A stretch of DNA of 64,000 bases from an uncultured cyanobacterium (GTDB lineage: Bacteria; Cyanobacteriota; Cyanobacteriia; Cyanobacteriales; Nostocaceae). The stretch spans positions 320,001 through 384,000 of the forward strand of contig OY970166.1 of NCBI GenBank assembly GCA_963706595.1. Reading direction: 5' to 3'. Below, piece by piece: positions 41,908 through 52,844 of this stretch (the first letter of the stretch is position 1; every line of letters begins with the position of its first letter). The notes beneath the pieces are model-generated. The model was not told the DNA's origin, ran no database searches, and worked only from the letters and a program-made list of their open reading frames with translations. The position numbers and the translations under genes are program-made.

Positions 41908-42243
41908 ATGTGGGACTTAATTATATTTTTAGTATGTGTTTTCGGAGCTTTGTTCGGCGCAATATATCTTTATATTAATTCTGCTTCATCTGCTAAAAAG
42001 AAAAAACGTCATCGTTATCGAGAAATTACTCGCCACAATACTCGCAACAATAATAGTGTTTGGAGTAGCTCAAATATCCCCGATTATGGTAGCTATAACT
42101 CTAGTAGCAGCAGTGGTTATGGCGACAGCAGTAATTGCGATAGTAGTGGATATAGTAGCAGCAGTAATTGCGATAGTAGTGGTTATGGTAGCAGCAGTAG
42201 TTGCGATAGTGGTGGTTCTGACGGCGGTAGTAGTTGTGATTGA
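41908..42243 (+). CDS. Small membrane-anchored protein with Ser/Gly/Cys repeat tail
   Basis: N-terminal TM, basic KKKKRHR, repeated CDSSGY; AGGAG RBS before GTG. Confidence 0.65.
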   Translation: MWDLIIFLVCVFGALFGAIYLYINSASSAKKKKRHRYREITRHNTRNNNSVWSSSNIPDYGSYNSSSSSGYGDSSNCDSSGYSSSSNCDSSGYGSSSSCDSGGSDGGSSCD

Positions 42244-43082
42244 CGCATCCGCACACTACCCGCCTGACAATCTCGCAACCAAGTTTTAACTGCTTGGGCA
42301 ATTACACCCTTGCTACTATCCCTGGGGGGCGATACTACTTGTTGTTGTTGAGGATAAGCACCAATTTGGGTAAACATCATTACTAAACGCCACCCAGAGT
42401 TTGTTTTTGTTAATAGAAGCCAGTGAAACTGTTGCGATTCAACGATTTTACCAGCTATATACTGCCGTTCTAAAGTAGTAAAGAAAACTTGCTCTATTCC
42501 TGTTGCTTTACTTTTCTGCTCATCGGCGTTGTATCCACCAGAGTTAATGGGTAGGGGCTGAAACTCTGGTTTTCCTGCTAGTATCACATAACTGTAAATA
42601 TCACTGCTACGACTGCGACGGCGGGCGCGTTGAGTAACACGGTTTGCATAACTTGGTAAATCTTGCAATAGCTGAGTAGTTAATAATTCTAAACTTTGTT
42701 CAGAACAAGTCGAACTTAAGCCATTTTTAACTGCTTGACTCTGAGTTAGGAAAACAGGTGTATTGGCCTCACTGTTCACGGGATATGGAAAAACCAACGC
42801 GAAACCTAACCCCCTAGCCCCCTTCCCTACCAGGGAAGGGGGAAAAGTCAAAGCCTCTCCCCTTGTAGGGGAGAGGTTTGGAGAGAGGTTTTCTAGATGC
42901 CGTGAAAAGTCAGGTGTATTGGCAAATGCTGAGTTATTGATGCTATTTGCCGCTACTAGCCACAAGCCGAAAGCGCAAAGCCATAAGCCATAATTTTTGT
43001 TTTTGACAAATCCAAAATCCAAAATCCTCAAGCCCCTAGATTTATCTGTGGAATCAATCAAAATCCAAAATCCAAAATCCAA
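42183..43082 (-). CDS. Conserved hypothetical protein with in-frame MITE; true start uncertain
   Basis: LLQDLPSYANRV, QVFFTTLERQY, PPRDSS...WLRDC; 5' part of track ORF is STRR-derived. Confidence 0.7.
   Translation of the reverse strand: MDFGFWILIDSTDKSRGLRILDFGFVKNKNYGLWLCAFGLWLVAANSINNSAFANTPDFSRHLENLSPNLSPTRGEALTFPPSLVGKGARGLGFALVFPYPVNSEANTPVFLTQSQAVKNGLSSTCSEQSLELLTTQLLQDLPSYANRVTQRARRRSRSSDIYSYVILAGKPEFQPLPINSGGYNADEQKSKATGIEQVFFTTLERQYIAGKIVESQQFHWLLLTKTNSGWRLVMMFTQIGAYPQQQQVVSPPRDSSKGVIAQAVKTWLRDCQAGSVRMRQSQLLPPSEPPLSQLLLLP
42768..42913. mobile_element. 146-bp MITE with 10-bp target duplication
   Basis: TIRs CTCACTGTTCACGG / CCGTGAAAAGTCAG; GTGTATTGGC at 42758-42767 and 42914-42923. 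Confidence 0.88.
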
Positions 43083-43119
43083 AATCTAAAATCTAAAATT
43101 GTGTAGTTAACTGATACTT

Positions 43120-44409
43120 TTAACCGAGACATTCTCCGACATTTGAGATATCGTGAACATCCAGTACAACATCACCAACTGAGTCAGTGAAGGTGGTATC
43201 CCACATTGCCTTGAGGAAAATCCCCACGGCTCCATTAAAATCACGCGGTATTTCATAACCACAATTAGGGCAAAAAAAGTTCTTAGAACTACCAAGTTTT
43301 CTATGAGTGTTACCGCATTTAGTGCAAGTCTTCGATGTATATTCTTCAGTTATCCTTACCAATTTGGAACCGTAGCGGTTACACAAATGCTCAAGGGTTT
43401 GAGAGAACTGATAGAATGCCCAAGTCATCATCGCACGGGAAGTCTTATTTCTTAACTTCCGCTTCTTTTTAACAACCATTTGGGAAGTTTCAAAGGTGGG
43501 AAGTACAATCACATCGTAGTTTTTAGCTAGATATGACCCGACTTGTTTATGGCACTCAGAGCGTAGATTCTTGATTCTGGTTCTGAGTCTTTCCATCCCA
43601 AGTCTTATTTTGTATCTCAGACGCTTAAACTTATTTCCAACGCTACTATCATGTCTTGATTTTAGTTTATCCAGGTGTGAGCAAAGTTTAGCTATTTTGC
43701 TGAAATCCCCATTGCCAAACTCCAAGAAATCGCTACCGTCAAAACCAGTCATAAAAGTTCTAATGCCGGGATCAAGTGCGATTACTTTATTTGTCACACT
43801 TACCGTTTGCTCCAATTCTACGGGGAAGTGAGCGAACCAACGACCTTTGTTATAGGTCAATTCTGTTGACCCATCAGTTAGAATGCAAAAGTCTTGTCCT
43901 CTAAATTCAGGTGGTGGTAGATGTTTGGTAGTTGACACCATCCACCTACCATTTTTGTAAGCAGTAGGGTCAAACTGAATGGTTAATTTCTGGTCACGAA
44001 TACTTCGGAATTTGGCAATTTTTAGTCCGGCTTGAGGATGTGGTTTTTTATCTTGACCCTTACCAATAGTCTTTGGATTCTTAGCCGTTTCTGACCATGC
44101 TTTGTACGCTTCCATTGAAGCGTTGTCTAGTATCTTAGAAACGTTTAAGTCTAAACACCATTGGGGTATTAATCCAGAACCTTTAAGCATGGTTCTAAAC
44201 CCCATCTTTCCACCTTTCTTGCCTACTTTACTAAAACCTTGATTTTCGTTCAGATAGGCGATTGAGATGTTATAAACTTTACGAACAGCAGCAACCCATT
44301 TCTTCCAAATAATCTCAAGTTCCTTTACTGGGTATACTCGGTAGCTCACTGTCTTCAGCAACTTGTTTTTTGTACTTTCTAAGCCCGTACAATCGACAAC
44401 TGAAGACAT
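43120..44409 (-). CDS. tnpB: IS607-type TnpB RNA-guided nuclease (start approximate)
   Basis: YRVYP...RKVYN, ALDPG (RuvC-I), TEEYTSKTCTKC..CPNC zinc finger, RDFNG (RuvC-III). Confidence 0.9.
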   Translation of the reverse strand: MSSVVDCTGLESTKNKLLKTVSYRVYPVKELEIIWKKWVAAVRKVYNISIAYLNENQGFSKVGKKGGKMGFRTMLKGSGLIPQWCLDLNVSKILDNASMEAYKAWSETAKNPKTIGKGQDKKPHPQAGLKIAKFRSIRDQKLTIQFDPTAYKNGRWMVSTTKHLPPPEFRGQDFCILTDGSTELTYNKGRWFAHFPVELEQTVSVTNKVIALDPGIRTFMTGFDGSDFLEFGNGDFSKIAKLCSHLDKLKSRHDSSVGNKFKRLRYKIRLGMERLRTRIKNLRSECHKQVGSYLAKNYDVIVLPTFETSQMVVKKKRKLRNKTSRAMMTWAFYQFSQTLEHLCNRYGSKLVRITEEYTSKTCTKCGNTHRKLGSSKNFFCPNCGYEIPRDFNGAVGIFLKAMWDTTFTDSVGDVVLDVHDISNVGECLG

Positions 44410-44925
44410 GGATAATGGCAAGGATATCTTCGACCATTTCCCGTTCTGGGCTGAGGTTCGTTTGGTTGAGAACCAATATCTCAGTCTGCTGCCTAGCACA
44501 ATCCATGAGATAAGATCGAACCCAAAGCGACAAAGCCGATCTTTGTGGGCAATGACAACAAGTTTGCAAGTGTTTGTGAGAACTCTGTCCAGTAAGGTTT
44601 GAAGACCTTTTCGTTTGAAATTGAGTCCGCTTCCGATGTCGGTGATGATTTCTGCGTCGGGGTAACGAGCAGCAAGAAACTCAATTTGTTGAGAGAGGTC
44701 GTTTTTCTGACCGCGACTTGAAACCCTGGCATATAAAAGGGTAGCTCGTTCATCTGCGGGATTACCGCGTCGAACAGGGATAACTGAATCGAGGTTATAT
44801 CTTCTTTGCCCCCCCTGAGTGAAGATACCTTCAATTTTCCCGTCTTCAAGCCACCTTTCGAGCGTTTTGGTGCTGACTCCCAGTCTGGTAGCAGCGACTC
44901 TTGGAGGTACATAGTTTATTGGCAT
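44315..44925 (-). CDS. tnpA: IS607 serine recombinase TnpA with a -1 frameshift near 44500
   Basis: HTH LGVSTKTLERW, YARVSS, DIGSGLNFKRKGL, DRLCRFGF; C-terminus EMVEDILAIIHVFSCRLYGLRKY in another frame; adding one base gives 203 aa. Confidence 0.88.
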
Positions 44926-44984
44926 GGACTAAGTTTGTTACTTGTCCTACTATACCACAAAATGTCTGGGTATGTCTGACTATG

Positions 44985-45734
44985 TTAGGGTAAATTAAGT
45001 CCTATTTTTAACTCCTCAATAATCTTATTCCAGGCTAACTCAGGTTCAGCCGCCGCAGTGATGGGACGACCAATTACGAGGTAGTCTGCACCGGCTTTGA
45101 TAGCTTGGGCGGGGGTAAGCGATCGCCTTTGATCTCCCTTATCTGCCCATGAGGGGCGCACACCTGGACAAACGAGCAAAAAGTCATCTCCACAAGTTTG
45201 GCGTAACTGTGCAACCTCCTGGGGTGAGCAAACAGCCCCATTCAACCCGCATTCCTGCGCCATCAGGGCCATTTCTAAAGCATATTCTGGTAATTCCAGA
45301 GGAACTTTCAAATCAAAAGCCAGTTGTCTCGAAGAAATACTCGTCAGCAGGGTAATGGCAATTAATTGCGGTGGTTTAACGCCCGCTTGGGTTGCCCCTA
45401 CCTGTACCGCTTCAGTTGCCGCTTTCAGGGCATCTTTGCCAGCCGTGGCGTGAATCGTGAGTAAATCCACCCCGTAACTAGCAGCACTACGACAAGCCCC
45501 CGCTACAGTATTGGGAATATCGTGAAACTTTAAGTCTAAAAATATCCGTTTTTGCCGGGATTTTAAAACTTCCAGGATTGTGGGACCAGAACTAGTAAAT
45601 AATTCTAAACCCACTTTCCAGAAACTTACTTGCGGCAATTGATCTACAAGCGCGATCGCACTTTGTAGATCCGGTACATCTAAAGGCACAATTATTTGGT
45701 CATTAGCCCTTCGGCTACGCTCAGGGTAAATCAT
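44985..45734 (-). CDS. pyrF: Orotidine-5'-phosphate decarboxylase
   Basis: [31 protein letters not shown]. Confidence 0.96.
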   Translation of the reverse strand: MIYPERSRRANDQIIVPLDVPDLQSAIALVDQLPQVSFWKVGLELFTSSGPTILEVLKSRQKRIFLDLKFHDIPNTVAGACRSAASYGVDLLTIHATAGKDALKAATEAVQVGATQAGVKPPQLIAITLLTSISSRQLAFDLKVPLELPEYALEMALMAQECGLNGAVCSPQEVAQLRQTCGDDFLLVCPGVRPSWADKGDQRRSLTPAQAIKAGADYLVIGRPITAAAEPELAWNKIIEELKIGLNLP

Positions 45735-45747
45735 TGGTCATTAGTTA

Positions 45748-46947
45748 TTAGTTCTTTACCAGTCGGACAAACTTATTTTTACCAACTTGCAGCACACGCC
45801 CGTGTAATTCACTAGACTGCTCAAAAGTGGTATCAAGATCAGTGATGCGATCGCCATCGAGACGCACCCCACCTTCTTGAATTTTGCGTTTACCTTCCCC
45901 TGTACTTTTGCACAAACCAGTGACATTGAGAAGATACGCTAACTTCACAGGAAACTCTGACACTTCAGTTAGGGAAAACTCTGGAACTGCGCCTTCCTTC
46001 CCGCCGCTTTTTGCAGCTTCCTTAGCCTCATTAGCGGCTGTCTCACCGTTGTAATGTTTAACGACCTCATAAGCTAAAAGCATTTGGCGATCGCGGGGAT
46101 TTTCTGGCAATTTTTCCAAAGGTAAATCCGTCAACAATTCAAAATACTGAGACAGCAAATTATCAGGAACACCTTGTAACTTCTGATATTTTTGGGCAGG
46201 GTGTTCTGACAAGCCCACATAATTACCCAGGGACTTAGACATTTTTTGCACACCATCTGTACCGATTAAAATCGGTAGCAGCAGCCCAAACTGGGGCTTT
46301 TGTCCAAAATGGCGTTGCAAATCTCGCCCCACAGCGATGTTAAACTTCTGATCAGTTCCCCCTAATTCCACATCTGCCTCGACAGCCACAGAATCATAGC
46401 CCTGCATCAATGGATATAGGAACTCATGGATAAAAATAGGATTCTCTTTTTTATAACGTTCAGCAAATCCCTCCTTAGCCAACATCTGCCCCACCGTCAT
46501 CGTCGAGAGTAACTCCAGAATCTTCCCTAAATTCAGCCCGGAAAGCCATTCAGAGTTATAACGCACCTCCAAACGTCCTGGTGTGTCAAAATCCAGAATA
46601 GGGCGCACTTGGTCAAGATAAGTTTGAGCATTTTGTGCCACATCTGCCTCTGTTAGCTGACGGCGTACCTCAGATTTACCTGTAGGATCGCCAATACGAG
46701 CTGTAAAATCACCAATAATGAGAACTGCTGTATGACCAGCATCTTGAAACGCGCGCAGTTTGCGTACTGGTATGCTATGACCAAGATGAATATCAGATCC
46801 TGTCGGGTCAATTCCCAATTTGATCCTTAAAGGTCGGTTCGTAGTTACCAAGCGCTTCTCTAAACTGTCAGTTTCACTATCAGCATCAATTGGTTGGGGA
46901 AAAATTTCTACTATTCCACGATGTAGCCAAGAAAAATTTTGCGTCAT
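45748..46947 (-). CDS. tyrS: Tyrosine--tRNA ligase
   Basis: [29 protein letters not shown]-terminal S4 domain. Confidence 0.97.
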   Translation of the reverse strand: MTQNFSWLHRGIVEIFPQPIDADSETDSLEKRLVTTNRPLRIKLGIDPTGSDIHLGHSIPVRKLRAFQDAGHTAVLIIGDFTARIGDPTGKSEVRRQLTEADVAQNAQTYLDQVRPILDFDTPGRLEVRYNSEWLSGLNLGKILELLSTMTVGQMLAKEGFAERYKKENPIFIHEFLYPLMQGYDSVAVEADVELGGTDQKFNIAVGRDLQRHFGQKPQFGLLLPILIGTDGVQKMSKSLGNYVGLSEHPAQKYQKLQGVPDNLLSQYFELLTDLPLEKLPENPRDRQMLLAYEVVKHYNGETAANEAKEAAKSGGKEGAVPEFSLTEVSEFPVKLAYLLNVTGLCKSTGEGKRKIQEGGVRLDGDRITDLDTTFEQSSELHGRVLQVGKNKFVRLVKN

Positions 46948-47120
46948 ACTCAGAGATTCGCTATTAACTACGCTTTTTACTTTATAAGTTGGGTTGGTTA
47001 TATTCACTGGCAATTTGTCCGTACTCTAATCTACCGAATTAATATAATTGCCAAAAACTAACCGCCTGACTTCATTGAATTAATTACAGTTATATTTACC
47101 AGTGAGGAAGTAAGAACGCC

Positions 47121-49046
47121 GTGTCGTCTTCTAGGACTTTTACAAATAAGCAGCCACAACGTCAGGCTTCATCGGGTTTTGAGTTTTTGAAAGGAGTAGG
47201 CCAAGTAACGGGCGGTACTCTGCTATCAATCACAATGCTGACAAGCTCTATTGTAGCCGGAGGGCTGGTTGGTCTGGCTATTAGTTTCCGTAATTTACCA
47301 GATGTCAGACAGCTACGTAACTTTTTGCCATCAGAAACAACTTACATTTATGACATTAATGGCAAACTGTTAACAAGTCTTCACGGTGAAGCCAACCGAG
47401 AAGTCATACCCCTAGATAGAATTTCCCCAAATCTGAAACGGGCAGTATTAGCCAGCGAAGATAGTCATTTTTACGACCATCACGGCATCAATCCCAGTGG
47501 TGTCGGACGGGCTTTAATCGTTAACTTGGTAGCAGGTAGGGTGCGAGAGGGCGGCTCTACCATCACCATGCAGTTGGTGAAAAATTTGTTTTTATCTCAA
47601 AAACGTGCCTTTACTCGGAAGTTAGCGGAAGGAGTACTGGCAATTCGATTAGAGCAAATTCTCAGCAAAGACCAAATTTTAGAAATGTACCTCAATCAAG
47701 TTTATTGGGGTCATAATAATTATGGTGTACAAACGGCAGCACGCAGCTATTTTGACAAATCAGCAGAAATATTAACCTTGGCTGAGTCAGCAATGATGGC
47801 GGGTTTAATCCAAGCGCCAGAAGAATTCAGTCCCTTTGCGAGTATGGAATTGGCAAGACGCAAACAAAGGGAAGTTTTGGGGCGGATGCTGGAATTGAAG
47901 TGGATCAGCCAGCAAGAACATGATGATGCTCTCAAACAAGAGATCAAATTTGGTCGCATCAGGTCATTCCAAGGTAGTGCCTTACCTTATGTCACTAATA
48001 CTGTGTCTCAAGAATTAGTCCAAAAATTTGGGCGTGAGGCGTTGATTAAAGGTGGAATGCGTGTGCAAACCACTGTTGATGCGGAATTCCAAACGATGGC
48101 GGAAAAAACTGTCACTAAGTGGCAGTAACAACTTGAGCCGTCAAGGGTTGCGTGATAATCAAATTGCTCTGGTAGCCATTGACCCCCGCACACATTTTAT
48201 CAAAGCACTGGTAGGCGGTGTAGACTCTAAAACTAGCGAATTCAACCGTGCCACCCAAGCCCAGCGTCAACCCGGTTCTGCTTTTAAACCCTTAGTATAT
48301 TATGCTGCTTTTGCTACTGGTAAATATACACCAGACAGCACAGTACAAGATTCGCCAGTCAGTTATCGAGATGGTAGCGGTTGGTACAGTCCGAGAAACT
48401 ACGACGGTGGCTTTCAAGGAGCAATATCAATACGGTCAGCCTTAGCCCAGTCTCGCAATATCCCGGTGATTAGGTTGGGTAGAGCTATAGGCATGAATAA
48501 AGTCGTAGAAACCTCCCGTACCTTGGGAATCATGAGTCCGATGGCACCTGTAACTTCCTTACCACTGGGAGCTATAGGCATTACACCCCTGGAACTAGCT
48601 AGTGCTTACGCTACCTTTGCTAATTATGGCTGGCAATCACCAGCCACAGTGATTGCTCGTGTTACCGATAGTAGTGGTAATGTCTTGCTAGATAATACAC
48701 CCAAACCCCAGTTAGTTCTAGATCAATGGGCATCAGCAGCAACTATCGATGTGATGCGTTCCGTAGTCACTTCGGGGACTGGTAAAGGTGCAGATATTGG
48801 TCGTCCCAGAGCGGGTAAGACAGGCACAACTTCATCGGAAAAAGATATTTGGTATGTCGGTACTGTGCCACAGTTGACAACTGCTGTCTGGATAGGTAGA
48901 GACGACAACAGACCATTATCTAGAGGTGCAACAGGTGGCGGTATGGTAGCTCCCATCTGGAAAGATTTTATGCAGCAAGCTCTCAAAGGTGTACCTTCAG
49001 AGAACTTTAAACCACCTTCTGGGTTTGCGCCCCAAACCCTAAATAA
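47121..49046 (+). CDS. Class A penicillin-binding protein, with frameshifts near 48125 and 49030
   Basis: EDSHFYDHHG, GGSTITMQL, RKLAE (transglycosylase); SAFK, SRN, KTGT (transpeptidase). Confidence 0.9.
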
Positions 49047-49103
49047 GAAGGGATTTTGGATTAACTGCCCATCCAAAATCCCTCACATAAAATTCATAAT
49101 TCA

Positions 49104-49427
49104 CTATTGCTGTTTTTCTAGTTCGGTTTTCATCCGCTGTAGGGTAAGATTCATTTGCTCAAACATCTGTTGCGGAGTCACACCGAATTGACCTAATTGT
49201 GTCTTGAGTTGCTGCACAGTCATCTGCGCCATAAAATCTTCTGACAGCTCGAATCGCTTCATAAAGACGCGATAGCGATCCATCATAGTTTCCATTTGCT
49301 CAATAAACAGCTTTTTGCCCTCGCGATCAAACTTGCCGTAGTTATTGCCAAGATTGATTAGGGCTTGATAATCTTCAAACAGCTGTTTTGCTTCTTGCTG
49401 AACTATATCAGAGTCAAAGAATCCCAT
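49104..49427 (-). CDS. DUF1825-family protein
   Basis: MGFFDSDIVQQEAK...YGKFDREGKK..RFELSED. Confidence 0.85.
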   Translation of the reverse strand: MGFFDSDIVQQEAKQLFEDYQALINLGNNYGKFDREGKKLFIEQMETMMDRYRVFMKRFELSEDFMAQMTVQQLKTQLGQFGVTPQQMFEQMNLTLQRMKTELEKQQ

Positions 49428-49667
49428 TTTACTTATATTCAACTGAGTATTGAGACTCAGCAGCTTAATATTTTTGCCTCTGTCACTATTTTAGTCTAGG
49501 GAATTCATCTAGGGAACAAGTTTCGGTTTCAGTACGGTTTTTTACCGGAATTTCAACACTTGACTGGGGGAGAAGAAGCAGGGGAGCAGGGAGCAGGGAG
49601 CAGGGGGGAGGAAGCAGGGGAGCAAGGGGAGGAAAGATTTTGACTTCCTATTTCCAATAATTAATGA

Positions 49668-50093
49668 CTAATGATTAATGAAATCCAACATGATGCGCTG
49701 ATGTATAGTACCTAAAGGTCGGATTTCATCGGCGATGGGTGAATAACACTTACCTTGGCGAATGTCTTCGGGCGTTAATAATCCCATGTCCCAGCCTTCG
49801 TTTAAAACAAGTTGGTTTAATTCTAGTAGGAGTGGTGCATGAAAGACATGACGAACAACAGCATCATCTTCATAACAAGCGAATTTTACAAATGATGGTA
49901 GGGTGTAGCCGATTTCTTCGATAACTTCTCGCTTCACTGCTACATCGGGCGTTTCACCAAGTTCGATATGTCCACCGAATAGCCCCCAGTAACCAGGGTA
50001 GAGAATACCAGGGATATTGTCTCGCAGTTGCATGAGAAACTTGTCTTCTTGGTAAAGAATTGCGATCGCCACATGGACTGGTTGCTCATTCAT
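49668..50093 (-). CDS. NUDIX hydrolase
   Basis: GGHIELGETPDVAVKREVIEEIG Nudix box. Confidence 0.93.
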   Translation of the reverse strand: MNEQPVHVAIAILYQEDKFLMQLRDNIPGILYPGYWGLFGGHIELGETPDVAVKREVIEEIGYTLPSFVKFACYEDDAVVRHVFHAPLLLELNQLVLNEGWDMGLLTPEDIRQGKCYSPIADEIRPLGTIHQRIMLDFINH

Positions 50094-50124
50094 CAATTTA
50101 TACTAGTAATTTATCTTTAAAATC

Positions 50125-50526
50125 TTAACTTTCCTCTATGTAGGCTTCCCCAAACTCTTGGTCAGCTAAGGGAATACTTTTGTAGCGAACTTTACCCTTA
50201 ATTACTACTTGCTCCCCCTCTTTGAGATTGGGTTGGTTAGTAATCACCCAAATTTTACCAGTAGAGTCATTAATTTGATATGCCCATTGCTTAACTAAGG
50301 GAACTTGTTTTTCTACCTTACCTTGGACGTAAACTATAGTTTCCTGGTCTGTTTCTGGTTTAATTTCCTGTATCAGGGTGACATTACTACCAATAGTGAA
50401 TTTACCGACGTTTAAGCTCGGTGTTTTCCAGGAACTACAACTATAAAGTCCCGCTACAAGTAACAAAGCCATCCCTACGCGGTAAGGAATAATACTGTCA
50501 AGGTGAAATCTTTTTGTTGGTTTCAT
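50125..50526 (-). CDS. Putative lipoprotein with OB-fold
   Basis: Lipobox-like LYSC; YQINDSTGKIWV, V.IKGKV. Confidence 0.7.
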   Translation of the reverse strand: MKPTKRFHLDSIIPYRVGMALLLVAGLYSCSSWKTPSLNVGKFTIGSNVTLIQEIKPETDQETIVYVQGKVEKQVPLVKQWAYQINDSTGKIWVITNQPNLKEGEQVVIKGKVRYKSIPLADQEFGEAYIEES

Positions 50527-50784
50527 GAAGTCAGTTCCCTTTCGTAAATTTAAGGGGGATTATTCCCCATTCCCCATTACCCTTTATATTTCATTCCTTC
50601 GCTGTTCAGATGAGGCTGTTGATCTGAGAAGATAAACAATATGAGTATAGTCTTGTGAATAGAACGACGCTAAGGCACTAAGCAGCAAGGCCTTCATAGT
50701 CAATAGGCAAAAGTTATTTACGACTGTTGACTCGGCTGCAAAGACAGCAAATGTGAATTAAAGGCGAGTCTTGTAGGGATTCTC

Positions 50785-51660
50785 ATGGAAACAAAAACTG
50801 CCAAACTTCTCGATGGTAAAGCTTTAGCTGAAAAAATTCATCAGGAACTTTCAGCTATGACTACCCAAACACAAGCAAAAATTGGGCGATCGCCTGGTTT
50901 AGCTGTATTAATGGTGGGGGATAACCCAGCCTCAGCTGCTTATGTACGCAACAAAGAACGAGCTTGCGCTAAAGTCGGTATTACTTCTTTTGGCCAGCAT
51001 TTTCCCACAGAAACCACCCAAGGGGAACTAGAATCAGTCATTGCGGCACTCAACCAAGATGAACGTGTGGATGGTATTCTCGTCCAGTTACCTCTCCCTA
51101 GCCACTTGGATGCGGTAGCCCTGTTGAATAAAATCGACCCAGACAAAGATGCTGATGGACTGCATCCAGTTAACTTGGGGCGCTTAGTGCGGGGAGAGGC
51201 TGGTTTACGCAGTTGTACACCCTATGGTGTCATGCGGCTATTGCAGGAATATGAAATTTCTTTGCCGGGAAAACACGCTGTGGTGGTGGGACGCAGTATT
51301 TTAGTAGGCAAACCAATGGCATTGATGCTACTGGAAGCTGATGCGACTGTTACCATTGCTCACTCGCGATCGCTCAACCTTGGTAAGATCACGAAGAATG
51401 CTGATCTGATCATTGCAGCTGTCGGTCGCCCAGGATTAATTACTGGCGAGATGGTAAAATCAGGCTCCGTTGTGGTAGATGTGGGGATGAATCGTGTAAC
51501 AGATGCCAGTGGCAAAAGTCGCTTAGTCGGTGATGTTGACTGGGAATCAACGGCTGGTGTAGCGGAATATATCACTCCAGTTCCTGGTGGTGTTGGTCCG
51601 ATGACTGTTGCCATTTTATTGCAAAATACCGTCGCCAGCTATTTGAAAAAGGCGAAGTAG
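50785..51660 (+). CDS. folD: Bifunctional methylene-THF dehydrogenase/cyclohydrolase
   Basis: [41 protein letters not shown]. Confidence 0.97.
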   Translation: METKTAKLLDGKALAEKIHQELSAMTTQTQAKIGRSPGLAVLMVGDNPASAAYVRNKERACAKVGITSFGQHFPTETTQGELESVIAALNQDERVDGILVQLPLPSHLDAVALLNKIDPDKDADGLHPVNLGRLVRGEAGLRSCTPYGVMRLLQEYEISLPGKHAVVVGRSILVGKPMALMLLEADATVTIAHSRSLNLGKITKNADLIIAAVGRPGLITGEMVKSGSVVVDVGMNRVTDASGKSRLVGDVDWESTAGVAEYITPVPGGVGPMTVAILLQNTVASYLKKAK

Positions 51661-51914
51661 TTGTGAGTTGTGAGTTATGAATTCTAAATTTTTAACTCCT
51701 CACCCCTCACTCATGACCAATAATGGCTTAATGGTACAAGCCACCAGATTTATGTGTGGAATCAATCGAAAATCCTCAAGCCCCTAGATTCTAAATCCAA
51801 AATCCAAAATCTAAAATCTAAAATTGTTTGACTTTTTCTGTGCCAGAGCATCTTAAAATTGTGACGGATCAGATAAACAGCCAAACGTCCCTAGAAATTG
51901 AAGGAATTTTAAGA

Positions 51915-52844
51915 ATGGTAGCAGCTGATAACCTCCAGAAACTCAAAGAGGAAGCCACCTTTAACCTAGCCGCCTATCTCAAAGAGCGGCAAAAGCTTTG
52001 TGAAACTGCTCTGGATCAGGCTATTCCGGTCATTTATCCAGAAAAGATTTATGAATCCATGCGCTACTCGCTATTAGCTGGAGGTAAGCGTCTGCGCCCC
52101 ATTCTCTGCCTTGCTACCTGTGAAATGATCGGCGGCACAATTGAAATGGCCATGCCCACAGCCTGTGCAATGGAGATGCTCCATACAATGTCGTTAATTC
52201 ACGACGACCTGCCAGCGATGGATAATGATGATTACCGTCGTGGGAGGTTGACAAATCACAAGGTTTATGGTGACGATATTGCAATTTTAGCTGGAGATGG
52301 CTTGTTGGCTTATGCTTTTGAATTTGTTGCCACTCAAACCCCTGAAAACGTTTCTAGAGAGCGAGTGTTGCAGGTGATAGCTCGTCTCGGCAAAGCCTTG
52401 GGGGCTGCTGGCTTGGTGGGCGGTCAAGTGGTTGACTTAGACTCAGAAGGTAAGACAGATATTCCTCTAGAAACCCTGAATTTTATTCATAACCACAAAA
52501 CGGCGGCTCTTTTAGAGGCTAGTGTTGTTTGTGGGGGCGTAATCGCCGGAGCATCTTCAGAAGATGTGCAACGACTTTCTCGCTATTCTCAAAACATTGG
52601 TCTGGCATTTCAGATCATAGATGATATTCTGGATATCACTGCTACACAGGAGCAATTAGGTAAAACTGCTGGTAAAGACCTCATCGCTAAAAAAGTTACC
52701 TACCCCAGCCTTTGGGGAATTGAACAATCACGCTCCAAAGCTCAACAGCTAGTGGAAGCAGCCTGTAAAGAATTAGAAACATTTGGTAAATTAGCACAGC
52801 CACTCAAAGCGCTGGCTCACTTTATTACCAGTCGCAATCACTAA
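51915..52844 (+). CDS. crtE: Geranylgeranyl diphosphate synthase
   Basis: [31 protein letters not shown]. Confidence 0.95.
   Translation: MVAADNLQKLKEEATFNLAAYLKERQKLCETALDQAIPVIYPEKIYESMRYSLLAGGKRLRPILCLATCEMIGGTIEMAMPTACAMEMLHTMSLIHDDLPAMDNDDYRRGRLTNHKVYGDDIAILAGDGLLAYAFEFVATQTPENVSRERVLQVIARLGKALGAAGLVGGQVVDLDSEGKTDIPLETLNFIHNHKTAALLEASVVCGGVIAGASSEDVQRLSRYSQNIGLAFQIIDDILDITATQEQLGKTAGKDLIAKKVTYPSLWGIEQSRSKAQQLVEAACKELETFGKLAQPLKALAHFITSRNH

Larger units (their letters stand above)
43111..45001 (-). mobile_element. IS607-family element (tnpA serine recombinase + tnpB); ends approximate
   Basis: Gene pair; short AGACA/TGTC repeats near both ends; right end ...GTATCAG. Confidence 0.85.

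Noticed and set aside
41936..42301. Alternative hydrophobic or Cys/Tyr-rich ORFs (41936-42289, 42101-42301) as RiPP precursors
   Set aside because: Other frames of the same 30-bp repeat; no maturation enzymes nearby
49047..49191. C-terminal extension of the PBP overlapping the DUF1825 gene
   Set aside because: Better explained by an indel near 49030; a TAA at 49044-49046 is followed by a hairpin at 49051-49081
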